Origin: Thermodesulfobacteriota bacterium
GTDB taxonomy: Bacteria; Desulfobacterota_D; UBA1144; Nemesobacterales; JAJCZQ01
Assembly: GCA_965215275.1 (NCBI GenBank)
Contig: OZ244044.1
Coordinates: forward strand, 704,001-768,000
Reading direction: 5' to 3'
Length of the DNA stretch: 64,000 nt
The position numbers and the translations under genes are program-made. The notes beneath the pieces are model-generated. The model was not told where the DNA came from. It searched no databases and saw nothing but the letters and a program-made list of their open reading frames with translations. The stretch's first letter is position 1, and each line of letters starts with the position of its first letter. This document shows positions 39,196 to 49,730 of this stretch, piece by piece.

Positions 39196-41070
39196 CTATT
39201 TTGATGTTTTAAGAAATTTCACACTGTTCACACTGCCTTGATATTTATAAAATACTCGTGCCGAACCCGCATCATTAAACAGGATATTGATATGGTGTAT
39301 TGCGTTAGGGTATTTACCAACTTCCAATTCCCTCTTACCAATAAAACCACGTGTACGCACTATATTTTCTTTATCAATTGATTCGTTATCTCTATACCCG
39401 GATATACTTCTGGGTTCATGTATAGCAACTGACCCATCGGCACTTAATAAAAAGTTCCCTATGTAGTTAATTAAATATTGTGGGACTATTTTCTTTCCAA
39501 GAAGTTTTGAAAGTTCTCTAACTTTTTGTAAACTTGATGTTGTATTTTTATTTAAGATTTTTTTAATATCACCCTCAAAATATCCATAATCAAACAATTC
39601 AAAACTCATTTCACCACTATCAATCACAACGCGAGCCTTATCGACACTGCTACGTGCGGTGGCAGCAATTCTAGTACTCTCTAACCAGACGGGGGTGCCG
39701 TTGCCGTTGCGCCTAGAATCCAGAGATAGTCGATGAAAAATAAAACATTTTTGCCAATCAAGATAAAGTGCTTTGGGAATTGTTAATTCAAAATACTCCA
39801 AGTAATCTTTCCGAAACCCAAACATGCGTGCACGCTGTATATAAGTATCTTGTTGTATCTTATGTTTAACATCGCGTGTAAAGAACATTGCTAATAAGTT
39901 ATCAAAAGTAACACCTCTTGAGACAATGTTACCACCGATCACAACGGTAAATGGTGAAGTTGGATCGGTTGCGGTTCTGTTGTTGGCGGCGTTTTGCTCC
40001 TTGTCGCTGTTCATTACAACGATATTATTTCTGGCGTTGTTTTCAATTATATACCTTGTAATTTCGTGTGCTTTGTCAATATATCGTTCAGTAGCAATAT
40101 CAAAAATATATTTGTAATACTTTTCGTGTTGTTTGCTTGATTCGTCTCTTAGTATCTCAAAGGACTTAACGATTTCTTTTTTGTCCTTGGAGTGGTCTGC
40201 TTTCCTACCACTTGTGTGCACTAAAAAAGAATAATTGAGTTCTTTTTTATTTATTTGTGTATTGAGATACGCCACATTAACCATAAAACTAAACAGTGCC
40301 GTTCGCAGATATGCTGGGTCATCGCCCTCATCAGGTAACTTATGCAATCTAAAGGGAAAATCGGAGAGTGATGATGGAAAGAATTTTTCGTGTCCTGTGT
40401 AGTTTGAGTGTGGTGGAAAGTCTATCCATGACTCGTTCTGATTATCGTGAGTTTTATTTAAATCAAGACGAGCGGGAGTGGCAGTTACACCAATATACAC
40501 CCCATCATTACCAATGAGTTCACCGGTTAGTTCGTTAATCCTACTCCGTTTATCTTCATTAATTCTTGAATTCGGCGTAGCATAATCTGCTTCATCATCA
40601 ATAATTACTTTTTTCTGGCTGCACGAAGCAAGTTTATCAATCAATTTTTCCAAATCACGTGCGTTCTTTTTAGAAAAAATTACCCACTCTCCATCTTCGA
40701 TTTTTACAATTTCAGACAAAATCTCCTTGGATTTTTTTGGAGCAGGAGATAAACCAGATCGCTGAAAACGCTCTAAATTTTGACCAAGAAGTTGGACACT
40801 ATCATTGAGTAAAACAACAATAATTTTGAAACCTTCGTCGAGCAACTTGGCTGTTAAGGCAATCATCATCTCGGTTTTACCGCTTTGTGGCTCACCATAA
40901 ATAACGAAAGAACATTGCCCCTTATTTATATTTTCAACTGATTCCTCAACAACTTTTTTAATGCGATCAACTTCCTTATTATCAGAAGTCAATTGCCTTA
41001 GTCGTCGTTCATAACGACTGTCATCCACTATCTCTTCTTTTAATGCTTCCAAGTCAAATGTTGTACTCAT
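39196..41070 (-). CDS. SF2-helicase-like ATPase with Z1 domain
   Basis: Walker A GEPQSGKT, IIDDEAD, YIGVTATP, Z1 signature VIGGNIVSRGVTFDNL...DTYIQRARMFGFR. Confidence 0.85.
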   Translation of the reverse strand: MSTTFDLEALKEEIVDDSRYERRLRQLTSDNKEVDRIKKVVEESVENINKGQCSFVIYGEPQSGKTEMMIALTAKLLDEGFKIIVVLLNDSVQLLGQNLERFQRSGLSPAPKKSKEILSEIVKIEDGEWVIFSKKNARDLEKLIDKLASCSQKKVIIDDEADYATPNSRINEDKRSRINELTGELIGNDGVYIGVTATPARLDLNKTHDNQNESWIDFPPHSNYTGHEKFFPSSLSDFPFRLHKLPDEGDDPAYLRTALFSFMVNVAYLNTQINKKELNYSFLVHTSGRKADHSKDKKEIVKSFEILRDESSKQHEKYYKYIFDIATERYIDKAHEITRYIIENNARNNIVVMNSDKEQNAANNRTATDPTSPFTVVIGGNIVSRGVTFDNLLAMFFTRDVKHKIQQDTYIQRARMFGFRKDYLEYFELTIPKALYLDWQKCFIFHRLSLDSRRNGNGTPVWLESTRIAATARSSVDKARVVIDSGEMSFELFDYGYFEGDIKKILNKNTTSSLQKVRELSKLLGKKIVPQYLINYIGNFLLSADGSVAIHEPRSISGYRDNESIDKENIVRTRGFIGKRELEVGKYPNAIHHINILFNDAGSARVFYKYQGSVNSVKFLKTSK

Positions 41071-42395
41071 GCTTTTTTCATTATCACAATATATTCGTAT
41101 TGGTATGCCATCTTTTTATTTGTGTTGGAATGACTAGTAAATTTTCCCGTCTTAATATCACGCCACGGAGTAATAGCTTTATTGTTTGCTGCTTCTCTTT
41201 TTATAAACTTTACCTTTTTAAATCCGAGATTGACCATTTGTTCCGCAGCAACCTCGGCGTTATGTATTTTTACATCCTTTAGATTCGTATTTCCAATAAC
41301 AATGCAGGCATGAGCACCTTTCTTTAAGACATTGTACATTTCGGTAAATGCCATATTCATATCGGAAAAATAATTTCCAACATTAGTAGCAAGTGGTTTT
41401 TTCTTTTTTGCTAACTTGCCGACAATGTTTTCAGCTAGCACGCTGTTGTAGTGAATCGCTGACTTGTTTTTATGTTTTGTCCCTATAAAATTTTTTCTAA
41501 ATTTTGAAAAATCTGATGCATGTTTATTCCAGTGCTTAAAATCAGGGTCATTACCAAACCACAGTAATGAAAGTTGGTGTAAATCAGCATATTCATAAGA
41601 TATAACATACGGTGGTGATGTTACTATCAAATTTATTGAATTCTGTGCAACAGGCAATTTTTTTGTTGCATTTCTACGATACATTTTTGCAGGAATATTA
41701 AGGTTGCCTCGTTGGTGTAATTCGTTGAAATATGCAGTATTTTTCTTAACCATTGACTTCACATGTTGCAAGAAGGTTTTTATAGGGAATTGTGGCACTT
41801 TTTTCTTGTCAATCGTTGGCTTGATACTCTTCATTAACCATCTGGAGGCGTTCTTTAAGTTATGCGAAAATGCCACCAAAAAGAACCTTCGCACTTTTCT
41901 CTCTTTTACATGCTTGATATTTGAATAAATATAATCAAGTTCATGAACGATATCCTCGTCAAACCAATAGTAGATACGCTCATTTCGTTTAATATGGTAG
42001 GAGTATTTTTTTTCGGGAGAATATCTTTTCAAATGTAACAGCAAATTTTTAAGTTCTCCATCTAAAATCTCTGGATTTATTGGTGTGACCTTAGCTTGAG
42101 TTATTAATTTTGCAATTGGGTTTACATCTATGCCCACACTTTTTCTACCCAGTAACTTAGATTCAACAAGCGTTGTACCACATCCACCAAATGGATCCAA
42201 AACCGTATCTCCGACATTTGTATATTCGGAAATTAACCTGTCTACTATTTGCGGGATAAATTTTGCCGGATAGCGATGATAGCTGTGCGTGTAAGCACTT
42301 GTGTTCGCTCTTGATTCGTTTGCAAAAGACCACTTTTTACTTGGCTTTAAACCGGAAAATTGTGTCACAATTTTTTTGGTAGTTAAGGTGGTCAT
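41067..42395 (-). CDS. DNA methyltransferase, probably N4-cytosine (alpha-type motif order)
   Basis: THSYHRYPAKFIP; VLDPFGGCGTT precedes IVTSPPY. Confidence 0.88.
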   Translation of the reverse strand: MTTLTTKKIVTQFSGLKPSKKWSFANESRANTSAYTHSYHRYPAKFIPQIVDRLISEYTNVGDTVLDPFGGCGTTLVESKLLGRKSVGIDVNPIAKLITQAKVTPINPEILDGELKNLLLHLKRYSPEKKYSYHIKRNERIYYWFDEDIVHELDYIYSNIKHVKERKVRRFFLVAFSHNLKNASRWLMKSIKPTIDKKKVPQFPIKTFLQHVKSMVKKNTAYFNELHQRGNLNIPAKMYRRNATKKLPVAQNSINLIVTSPPYVISYEYADLHQLSLLWFGNDPDFKHWNKHASDFSKFRKNFIGTKHKNKSAIHYNSVLAENIVGKLAKKKKPLATNVGNYFSDMNMAFTEMYNVLKKGAHACIVIGNTNLKDVKIHNAEVAAEQMVNLGFKKVKFIKREAANNKAITPWRDIKTGKFTSHSNTNKKMAYQYEYIVIMKKA

Positions 42396-42439
42396 ATTTT
42401 ATAATCTAAACAAGTTCGTTGATACTTACATTATACAAT

Positions 42440-42528
42440 CGGAGAGGGAGGGATTCGAACCCTCGAAGGGGGTTAAGCCCCTTACTCGCTTAGCAGGCGA
42501 GCGCCTTCGTCCACTCGGCCACCTCTCC
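42440..42528 (-). tRNA. tRNA-Ser(GCT)
   Basis: GGAGAGG acceptor stem, anticodon loop CTGCTAA, long variable arm, GGTTCGAATCC. Confidence 0.95.
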
Positions 42529-42666
42529 TACATGAACAGGTAAAAATAACTTAACAGAAAAAGGGTGTCAATTTGCAGTTACTGGGGGTCATTACACCTC
42601 ACTGCCTCTGATGCTCATACCTTTCAGGATGTAACTCACCGACCATGGCGGCAACGTATCTGCCCT

Positions 42667-44052
42667 TCACAGCTGTTCTTTTTCGGTATCATCAAGAGTT
42701 GGACCAAATTGAACCTCTATAATATGAAGCTGGTCATCTGCTGTGTTCTCAACCCTGTGAACTCTTAATCCGGAAATGGTAATGGTGTCTTTTTCTTTTA
42801 AAATTTCGGTCAGATTACCGTTAGTCACTCTGGCAACGCCTTTTGATATAATCCAGCGTTTTAAGCAGTGATCACGTTCCTGCAGCGATAATCTGCACCC
42901 GGGATCCACAACCAGCCTCTTCACCCTGTATTCCCGTTCACTATGAAGGTCCGTAAAATAACCCCAAGGTTTATACACGGTCTTATGCTTCAGGACTTCG
43001 TTCTTACCGCTCTTTTTCAGATCTTCAACCACAGAGCTGATCCGAGAAGTGGAGCTCAGGTCGGATATTAAAACTGCATCACCTGTATCGACCACGGCCA
43101 GGTCGGATAGACCGCTGGCTACGACCAGTCTGCTTTCAGCCTTTATCAGGCAGTTCTTTGAGTTACTGACCAGAACGTTGCCTTCAAGAACGTTACCATC
43201 GCCTCCCTTAGGAAGATAATTATAAACCGACCGCCAGGAACCAACGTCGCTCCAGTTGAACAAAGCCGGTAAGACCGCTCCATTGTCCGTTGATTCCATA
43301 ATGGCCTTATCAACGGATATATCCGGCAGTGTTTCATAAAGCTGACGGGATAGATTATCCAGATCCATATCACCGAACGTATCAATGGTCTTCTTAAGTC
43401 GTTCCCTGCACTCACTGATAAAAACGGATGCCCTGAACGCAAAGATCCCGCTGTTCCAGAACCAGTTGCCCTTTTTAATGTATTTTCTGGCACTGGTCAG
43501 GTTCGGCTTTTCTACAAAACCGTTCATATAAAAAGCATGCTCGCTGATCTTTCTGCCCGCTTCGATATATCCGTAATCCGTTTCGGGACTTACCGGTTTA
43601 ATACCGAAAGTCACTATGAAACCATCCCTTGCCAGAGATTCTGCATTCTTTATGGAATCACGAAATCCATCGGGATTATCTATCACGTGGTCGGAAGGAA
43701 ATACAAAGATTACGGCATCATCTGCTTCCTTTAAGATCTTTAACGTACCGAGCAGGATCGCAGGAGCGGTATTTCGTCCAGCCGGTTCGGAAATGATCTG
43801 AGAACTTATCTCCGGATTGTACCTTCTCAGATGCCTCTGCACTTCTGTCTTATGATCTCTGCCCACAACGACCGATATCTGCTCACGACCGAACACGTCC
43901 AGAAGTCTTTTATAAGTAGACTGTATAAGTGACCCTGGACCGATGATCTCGGAGAACTGCTTGGGATGATACTTTCTTGAAAGCGGCCAAAGCCTTGTGC
44001 CCGAACCGCCTGCAAGTACAACAGCATAGACCTTTAATTTGTTTTCAGCCAT
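42667..44052 (-). CDS. manC: Mannose-1-phosphate guanylyltransferase / mannose-6-phosphate isomerase
   Basis: LAGGSGTRLWPLSR..PKQF, EPAGRNTAPA, FVEKP, WSDVGSW, C-terminal cupin KPWG. Confidence 0.92.
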   Translation of the reverse strand: MAENKLKVYAVVLAGGSGTRLWPLSRKYHPKQFSEIIGPGSLIQSTYKRLLDVFGREQISVVVGRDHKTEVQRHLRRYNPEISSQIISEPAGRNTAPAILLGTLKILKEADDAVIFVFPSDHVIDNPDGFRDSIKNAESLARDGFIVTFGIKPVSPETDYGYIEAGRKISEHAFYMNGFVEKPNLTSARKYIKKGNWFWNSGIFAFRASVFISECRERLKKTIDTFGDMDLDNLSRQLYETLPDISVDKAIMESTDNGAVLPALFNWSDVGSWRSVYNYLPKGGDGNVLEGNVLVSNSKNCLIKAESRLVVASGLSDLAVVDTGDAVLISDLSSTSRISSVVEDLKKSGKNEVLKHKTVYKPWGYFTDLHSEREYRVKRLVVDPGCRLSLQERDHCLKRWIISKGVARVTNGNLTEILKEKDTITISGLRVHRVENTADDQLHIIEVQFGPTLDDTEKEQL

Positions 44053-44087
44053 AAGATATCCAGACTACACTTACAATACTGCCAGTT

Positions 44088-45605
44088 TTAGTTTATATGC
44101 CTGCTTCTCAGAAGGTCAAAGATACTTTTCACGGGATTGAACGTGGCAAGTGGCACTTCCACTAAAACGGTCAGCCAGCCAGCCATTGCACCATTCCAAA
44201 GCCCTGGCAGCTCAAGGGCTTGAAACTCTTTTCCCCCGGCACTTTTTGAGGTAATTATTCCCGCGTCCGGATCAACGTAGTTTTTCAGGTCGAACTTCTT
44301 TCCCCTGTGGTCCCTGACCCAGCAGACAATATCCACGGGATTAAAGTGAGTGGACAGGCTCCATATGTCCGCCTGGGACTTTACAGAACTGTCGACCTGC
44401 GACGATTCCACGATCTGAAGCCACTCATGACGGTCACCATATTTAATCCAAAACGGCCCCCCGCCCGTTTCGCCTTCGTTCCTGACCACGCCGCAAACCC
44501 TTATAGGTCTGTTAAATATCTCTTTACAGACAGACATCCTCTCGTCCGGTACAATGTTCTGACCGATATCGATAAACAGATATTTTTTTAAAAACTCACC
44601 GACCTCGGAAAAAAACCGATCAGACGTGCCGCCTGAATCAATAACATTTAAAAAACCGTGAACCCTGTCCTTTACGAACATCAGACATCCCCCGAGAAGC
44701 TTTTTGAACTCAGTGGTTTCCCGCAGGTATTTCTCTTTGGTCACGTTATCAACGTTCTTTATATATATCATATCAGCCTCGACCGAGTTCAGGTTATGTA
44801 TGAGCGCTCCATGTCCCGCGGGACGAAGTTTTAATTTACCATCATCGTCGATAACGGGACTACCTTTCATATCCACCGCTATCGTGTCGGTCGATGGACT
44901 TTGAACGGAACAGGTCAGATCGTACCGCGTCTTATCATCCTCATATACGGAACGCATTGACGACAGGTGCCGCTCTATCATTGTTTTTGCGTCTTCAGAA
45001 ACAGTAAAATGCACCCTGCATACATTGTCCTTTGTCCTGATATACTGCTTTGCTTCCACCAGATGCTCTTCAAAGGCGGTTTTTTCCCTGTTGCCGTCTT
45101 TATGGAACTTTATCAGTCCTTTGGGGATATTCGAGTAGTTCAGCCCTTTATCAAAGAGCAGTTTTTCAACGACCTCCGGAAAATCTTTATTATCATCCAG
45201 GCTGCAGACGGACCGCAGGTCGTCATAGAAGGCAAACCTGTGAAGATTTTCCATAAGTCTGCCCGTCTGCTCGTAGTCGTTCAGATCAGAAGAGCGTTCA
45301 TCTTTATATTCATAATACTCCGATAACAGGCCTTTGAACATTCGTGAGGCAGCCCCTGACGCGGGGACGAACTTTATTACGTCAAGACCTTCTAAACCTT
45401 TATTGTAAATATCTACAAAATACCCGGTGCTCTGCTCGTCAATCCTGATGATCCCATCGCCGACCTTTGCCGGTCTTATCAGCTCGACCGATATATTTCC
45501 CCTTCTGAGCTGGGAAAGCTGCCTCAGGACGTCACTTTTCGAGATACTTCTGTCTTTTAACTGCTTCCTGACGGGGTCACCGTTCAGTAAACGCTCGATT
45601 TCCAT
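44088..45605 (-). CDS. DUF4301 family protein
   Basis: KFVPASGAASRMFK, RPAGHGAL, KNVDNV, GGGPFW, HFNPVD, LPGLWNG. Confidence 0.88.
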   Translation of the reverse strand: MEIERLLNGDPVRKQLKDRSISKSDVLRQLSQLRRGNISVELIRPAKVGDGIIRIDEQSTGYFVDIYNKGLEGLDVIKFVPASGAASRMFKGLLSEYYEYKDERSSDLNDYEQTGRLMENLHRFAFYDDLRSVCSLDDNKDFPEVVEKLLFDKGLNYSNIPKGLIKFHKDGNREKTAFEEHLVEAKQYIRTKDNVCRVHFTVSEDAKTMIERHLSSMRSVYEDDKTRYDLTCSVQSPSTDTIAVDMKGSPVIDDDGKLKLRPAGHGALIHNLNSVEADMIYIKNVDNVTKEKYLRETTEFKKLLGGCLMFVKDRVHGFLNVIDSGGTSDRFFSEVGEFLKKYLFIDIGQNIVPDERMSVCKEIFNRPIRVCGVVRNEGETGGGPFWIKYGDRHEWLQIVESSQVDSSVKSQADIWSLSTHFNPVDIVCWVRDHRGKKFDLKNYVDPDAGIITSKSAGGKEFQALELPGLWNGAMAGWLTVLVEVPLATFNPVKSIFDLLRSRHIN

Positions 45606-45669
45606 AACAAGATCTGAATGATTTTACACGATCTTTTGCAAAGGTTTATACCAGAAACGTATTTGTACA

Positions 45670-45747
45670 TGGCGGGACCGACGAGATTTGAACTCGCGAC
45701 CTCTGGCTTGACAGGCCAGCGTTCTAACCAGGCTGAACTACGGCCCC
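45670..45747 (-). tRNA. tRNA-Asp(GTC)
   Basis: Anticodon loop CTGTCAA, GTTCAAATC, encoded CCA. Confidence 0.95.
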
Positions 45748-45755
45748 ACCGAACA

Positions 45756-45830
45756 TGGTGGGCGGTACAGGATTTGAACCTGTGACATCTTGCTTGTAAG
45801 GCAAGCGCTCTCCCGCTGAGCTAACCGCCC
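45756..45830 (-). tRNA. tRNA-Val(TAC)
   Basis: GGGCGGT acceptor, anticodon loop CTTACAA, GGTTCAAATCC, encoded CCA. Confidence 0.95.
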
Positions 45831-45894
45831 GAATTTTTGGATGAACTTTATAACCGAACAAAGCACGCCTGTCTAACAAAAAGTTTGAAGGTCA

Positions 45895-47166
45895 CTAAGA
45901 TGCAAGTCGTTCTTTCCCGTCAAAAAAATACAGCGGGTCACCTACGTTCTTTACCAGATCTTCGGTTATAACGCAGCGTTTCAAACCGCCCATTGACGGA
46001 GTTTTATATGAAATATCAAGCATGATCGACTCGATTATAGCCCTAAGACCACGAGCACCGGTTTTTTTCTCTATGGTTTCCTGAGCTATGGCCTCCAGCG
46101 CCCCATCGGTTACCTCCAGCTTAACGCCTTCCATCTCCATCAGTTTCTGGAACTGTTTTATAATGGCGTTCTTGGGCTGGGTCAGGATACTTACAAGCGA
46201 TTCCTTATCAAGCTCGTCCAGGACCGCCGTGACCGGTATCCTGCCGACAAACTCCGGTATAAGTCCGAACTGTATCTTATCCTCCGGCTGCAGCATCTTT
46301 AACAGTGAACTTCTGTCCTTTTCATCCACTTCGTCTATCTTGGCCTCAAAACCGATCGCCGTCTGCCTGATCCTGTTCTTTATGATCTGATCAAGACCAC
46401 AGAACGAACCACCACATATAAACAGGATATTGGAAGTATCTATCTGAATAAATTCCTGATGAGGGTGCTTTCTGCCACCTTTTGGAGGAATATTCACCTT
46501 TGCCCCTTCGATTATCTTTAATAATGCCTGCTGAACCCCTTCACCTGATACATCCCTTGTTATAGATGGATTATCCCCGGATTTCCTTGCCAGTTTATCT
46601 ATCTCGTCAATATAGATAATTCCCTTTGAGGCCCTTTCCACGTCATAATCGGCGGCGTGTAAAAGGCTGACTATTATATTCTCGACGTCTTCACCAACGT
46701 AACCGGCCTCGGTATAACAGGTCGCATCAACGATAGCGAACGGGACATCAAGCATTTCCGCCAGGGTCTGTGCTAAAAGGGTCTTTCCCGAACCAGTTGG
46801 ACCGATCAGCATAATATTGCTTTTCTGTACCTCTACCCCGTCTTTAATACCTATGGCCGCGTTCAGCCCGACCCTTTTGTAGTGATTGTAAACTGCAACT
46901 GAAAGGACCTTTTTTGCGTAATCCTGACTTATAACGTATTCATCAAGGAACGCTTTTATATCGGACGGGATCGGGAGGGACATATTAGGCGACCCATGAG
47001 AACACTGTCTTTTTTCGTCATCGATTATTATTTCATTGCAGAGCTTTATACACTCGTTGCATATATAAGCACTGGGACCCGCGACCAGCTTTACCACTTC
47101 CTTCTGGTCCTTACCGCAGAACGAGCAGTTTAAAACCCCTTCTTTACCTGTTCTACCCTTTTTCAT
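45895..47166 (-). CDS. clpX: ATP-dependent Clp protease ATP-binding subunit
   Basis: CSFCGK..ICNEC zinc domain, [30 protein letters not shown] loop. Confidence 0.97.
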   Translation of the reverse strand: MKKGRTGKEGVLNCSFCGKDQKEVVKLVAGPSAYICNECIKLCNEIIIDDEKRQCSHGSPNMSLPIPSDIKAFLDEYVISQDYAKKVLSVAVYNHYKRVGLNAAIGIKDGVEVQKSNIMLIGPTGSGKTLLAQTLAEMLDVPFAIVDATCYTEAGYVGEDVENIIVSLLHAADYDVERASKGIIYIDEIDKLARKSGDNPSITRDVSGEGVQQALLKIIEGAKVNIPPKGGRKHPHQEFIQIDTSNILFICGGSFCGLDQIIKNRIRQTAIGFEAKIDEVDEKDRSSLLKMLQPEDKIQFGLIPEFVGRIPVTAVLDELDKESLVSILTQPKNAIIKQFQKLMEMEGVKLEVTDGALEAIAQETIEKKTGARGLRAIIESIMLDISYKTPSMGGLKRCVITEDLVKNVGDPLYFFDGKERLAS

Positions 47167-47340
47167 TTTTGAGAATACTCTCTTTTTTCGTCATCAATTA
47201 TTATTTCATTGCAGAGCTTTATACACTCGTTGCATATATAAGCGCTGGGACCCGCTACCAGTTTTTTCACGTCCTTCTGGTCCTTACTGCAGAACGAGCA
47301 ACTTAAACCCCTTTCTTTACCTGTTCTACCCTTTTTTCAT
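47163..47340 (-). pseudogene. Tandem duplicate of the ClpX N-terminal zinc-binding domain (one extra A after ATG; a 58-aa ORF if corrected)
   Basis: [57 protein letters not shown]; nucleotide copy of 47008-47166. Confidence 0.85.
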
Positions 47341-48002
47341 TTTACAGTAACCTCTTGATCAAGGGTTATAGAATCATCAACGGAACCTTCCTTGTCAAGT
47401 TCACCTTTTACCACCTCTTCTCTGTTACTGATTATAGTATCAGCCACCCCGTAGTCCACGGCATTCTGGGCGGTCATAAAGAAGTCCCTGTCCGTGTCTT
47501 TTTCGATCTTTTCCAGTGTCTGACCCGTGTGCAGTTCCAGTATCCTGTTCAGATTCTCTCTTATCCGGAGTATTTCCTTTGCATGTATCTGAATATCACT
47601 TGCCTGCCCCTGTATACCGGCAAGTACCTGGTGCAGCATTACCCTGGCATGGGGAAGGACGTACCTTTTCCCTTTTTTACCGGCAGCAAGAAGTACCGCT
47701 GCCATACTTGCGGCCTGACCGATGCATATCGTACAGACATCCGATCGTATGTACTGCATCGTGTCATAGATCGCCAGTCCCGAAGTTACGTTACCTCCAG
47801 GGGAGTTTATGTAAATGTAAAGGGGTTTCTGGGGATTTTCGGACTCCAGAAAAAGAAGCTGGGCGATCACCAGATCGGCAACGCTGTCGTTTATCGCCGA
47901 CCCTATGAATATTATCCTGTCCTTGAGCAGGCGGGAAAATATATCATAAGCCCTCTCCCCCTTGCTCGTCTGCTCAACCACTATCGGGACGTAACTTGAC
48001 AT
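47337..48002 (-). CDS. clpP: ATP-dependent Clp protease proteolytic subunit
   Basis: [35 protein letters not shown]. Confidence 0.97.
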   Translation of the reverse strand: MSSYVPIVVEQTSKGERAYDIFSRLLKDRIIFIGSAINDSVADLVIAQLLFLESENPQKPLYIYINSPGGNVTSGLAIYDTMQYIRSDVCTICIGQAASMAAVLLAAGKKGKRYVLPHARVMLHQVLAGIQGQASDIQIHAKEILRIRENLNRILELHTGQTLEKIEKDTDRDFFMTAQNAVDYGVADTIISNREEVVKGELDKEGSVDDSITLDQEVTVK

Positions 48003-48056
48003 AGCCCTCTGATACTACCTGAAATCAGTGCCGTTGTCAATCCTTAAGCCGATGGG

Positions 48057-49343
48057 TTAACCGTCAGACCCGCCGTCTGGTCCTTCTGTGATACTGGCCT
48101 TTTGCTTTATAAGTTCAACGACCTTGTCCTGCACGATCGATGCCTTGAGGTCCGCCAGCATGTTCGCATCTTTATAAACCTCTGCCACTTTGTCCATCGG
48201 CACCTGCATCGACGTCGCCAGTTCCTGTATCTTATCGTACGTTTCCTGGTCCGAAGCCGTTAAGTTCTCCTTTCTGGCGATCTCTGCAAATATAAGGGAA
48301 CTCTTGACGTTACTGACGGCGATCTCCCTGAACTTGGCCTGACCTCCTTCATCGATCTGCGGCGGTGACGACACGTTCTGAAAATTGGCATTGAACTCTC
48401 TTTTTAACCTGTCTTCCTCACCTTTTATCAAGCTCTCGGGTATTTCCATACTTACGCTTTTATTACAGATCTCAACTACCTGCTCTTTCAGCCTGTTCTG
48501 TTCCACGCTCTCACGCTGAGATGCAATTCTTTTTCTGATCTCACCCTTCAGTTCTTCCTCACCTTTAAGTCCTATCATCTTTGCGAACTCTTCCACCTCC
48601 GGGAACGTCCTGTCATATAGTTCAACCAGTTTTAAAACGTAACTCACGGTCTTACCGGCAGTTTCCTTGTACTGAAAGTCTTCTTCGTATTCAACGTCAA
48701 ACGTTGCCTTTTCACCTTTTTTCAGACCAATTATATTATCTTCAAATTCCTGGAGCAGATGTCCTTTTCCGAGAATGAACTTCTTGCTTTTCTGATCCGT
48801 ATCAGGAACTGGCTCACCACCGATCCTCCCTTCAAAATCGATCTCAACGACGTCCCCTTCCTTAGCTGCCCTGCCGTCTTCAACCACTTTATCCTGTGCG
48901 TTCCTTTCCATTAAGTTGTTCAGTGCCTTATCGACTTCCTCACCGGTAACTTCGACCCTGGACCTTTTTAACTCCAGTCCCTCATAGCTGGCAACCTCGA
49001 ACTTTGGAATTATCTCAAATACCGCCGAATAATGGAACTCTTCACCTTTTTTTATCTTTCCCGGAGTTACGTCCGGCTTGTTCACGGGCACAAGGTCAAC
49101 CTCCTTAAGTGCATCCTTAAATGATCCCGAAATGAGCTCTGAGATTATTTCACCGTCTATATCCTTTGCATACATTGATCTGACCAGGTTATCCGGTGCC
49201 TTGCCTTTACGAAATCCCTTGATATTGGCACTACGTTTGAACTCATTGAATATTGATGACATCTTCAGTTCAACTACGTCAGAAGGAACGTAAACGTCAA
49301 GTTTCTTCTCGGTCTCTTTCAGATCTTCTAAACTTACTTTCAT
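48057..49343 (-). CDS. tig: Trigger factor
   Basis: GFRKGKAP ribosome-binding motif, FKBP domain (IDFEG), position upstream of clpP. Confidence 0.93.
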   Translation of the reverse strand: MKVSLEDLKETEKKLDVYVPSDVVELKMSSIFNEFKRSANIKGFRKGKAPDNLVRSMYAKDIDGEIISELISGSFKDALKEVDLVPVNKPDVTPGKIKKGEEFHYSAVFEIIPKFEVASYEGLELKRSRVEVTGEEVDKALNNLMERNAQDKVVEDGRAAKEGDVVEIDFEGRIGGEPVPDTDQKSKKFILGKGHLLQEFEDNIIGLKKGEKATFDVEYEEDFQYKETAGKTVSYVLKLVELYDRTFPEVEEFAKMIGLKGEEELKGEIRKRIASQRESVEQNRLKEQVVEICNKSVSMEIPESLIKGEEDRLKREFNANFQNVSSPPQIDEGGQAKFREIAVSNVKSSLIFAEIARKENLTASDQETYDKIQELATSMQVPMDKVAEVYKDANMLADLKASIVQDKVVELIKQKASITEGPDGGSDG

Positions 49344-49450
49344 AACAGTTACTCCAGTAGCGAGGTTTAAAAATTAAGGTAATCTGATAATATACTTCTA
49401 AGTCGGTAAATTGTAAACATAGCCCTGTGGCAGTATTTTTGGAGGTTCAG

Positions 49451-49723
49451 ATGAAAGTCATACTATACTTATGCTTTATTCTTCTTGCCAGCGGATGCGG
49501 GATCGCAAAAGAGACGTCAAAAGGGCTGGAAGAGATCAGATCAAGTCTGAAAAGAGCAAATGAAAAACAGGAACTCCTGAGAGCCAGGGAACGGGTAAAG
49601 AGATCAAAATCCAAATATAATAAATGCCTCGGCAGCAGTTCAGACAGAAAACCGCACTGTGAAGACCTCAGACTGGAATATGAACAGATGGCTGAAGAAT
49701 ATATAAAACTTCAGCAGCAATAA
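49451..49723 (+). CDS. Hypothetical lipoprotein (start placed at ATG 49451)
   Basis: RBS GGAGG; MKVILYLCFILLASG-C lipobox. Confidence 0.6.
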   Translation: MKVILYLCFILLASGCGIAKETSKGLEEIRSSLKRANEKQELLRARERVKRSKSKYNKCLGSSSDRKPHCEDLRLEYEQMAEEYIKLQQQ

Positions 49724-49730
49724 AATATAA

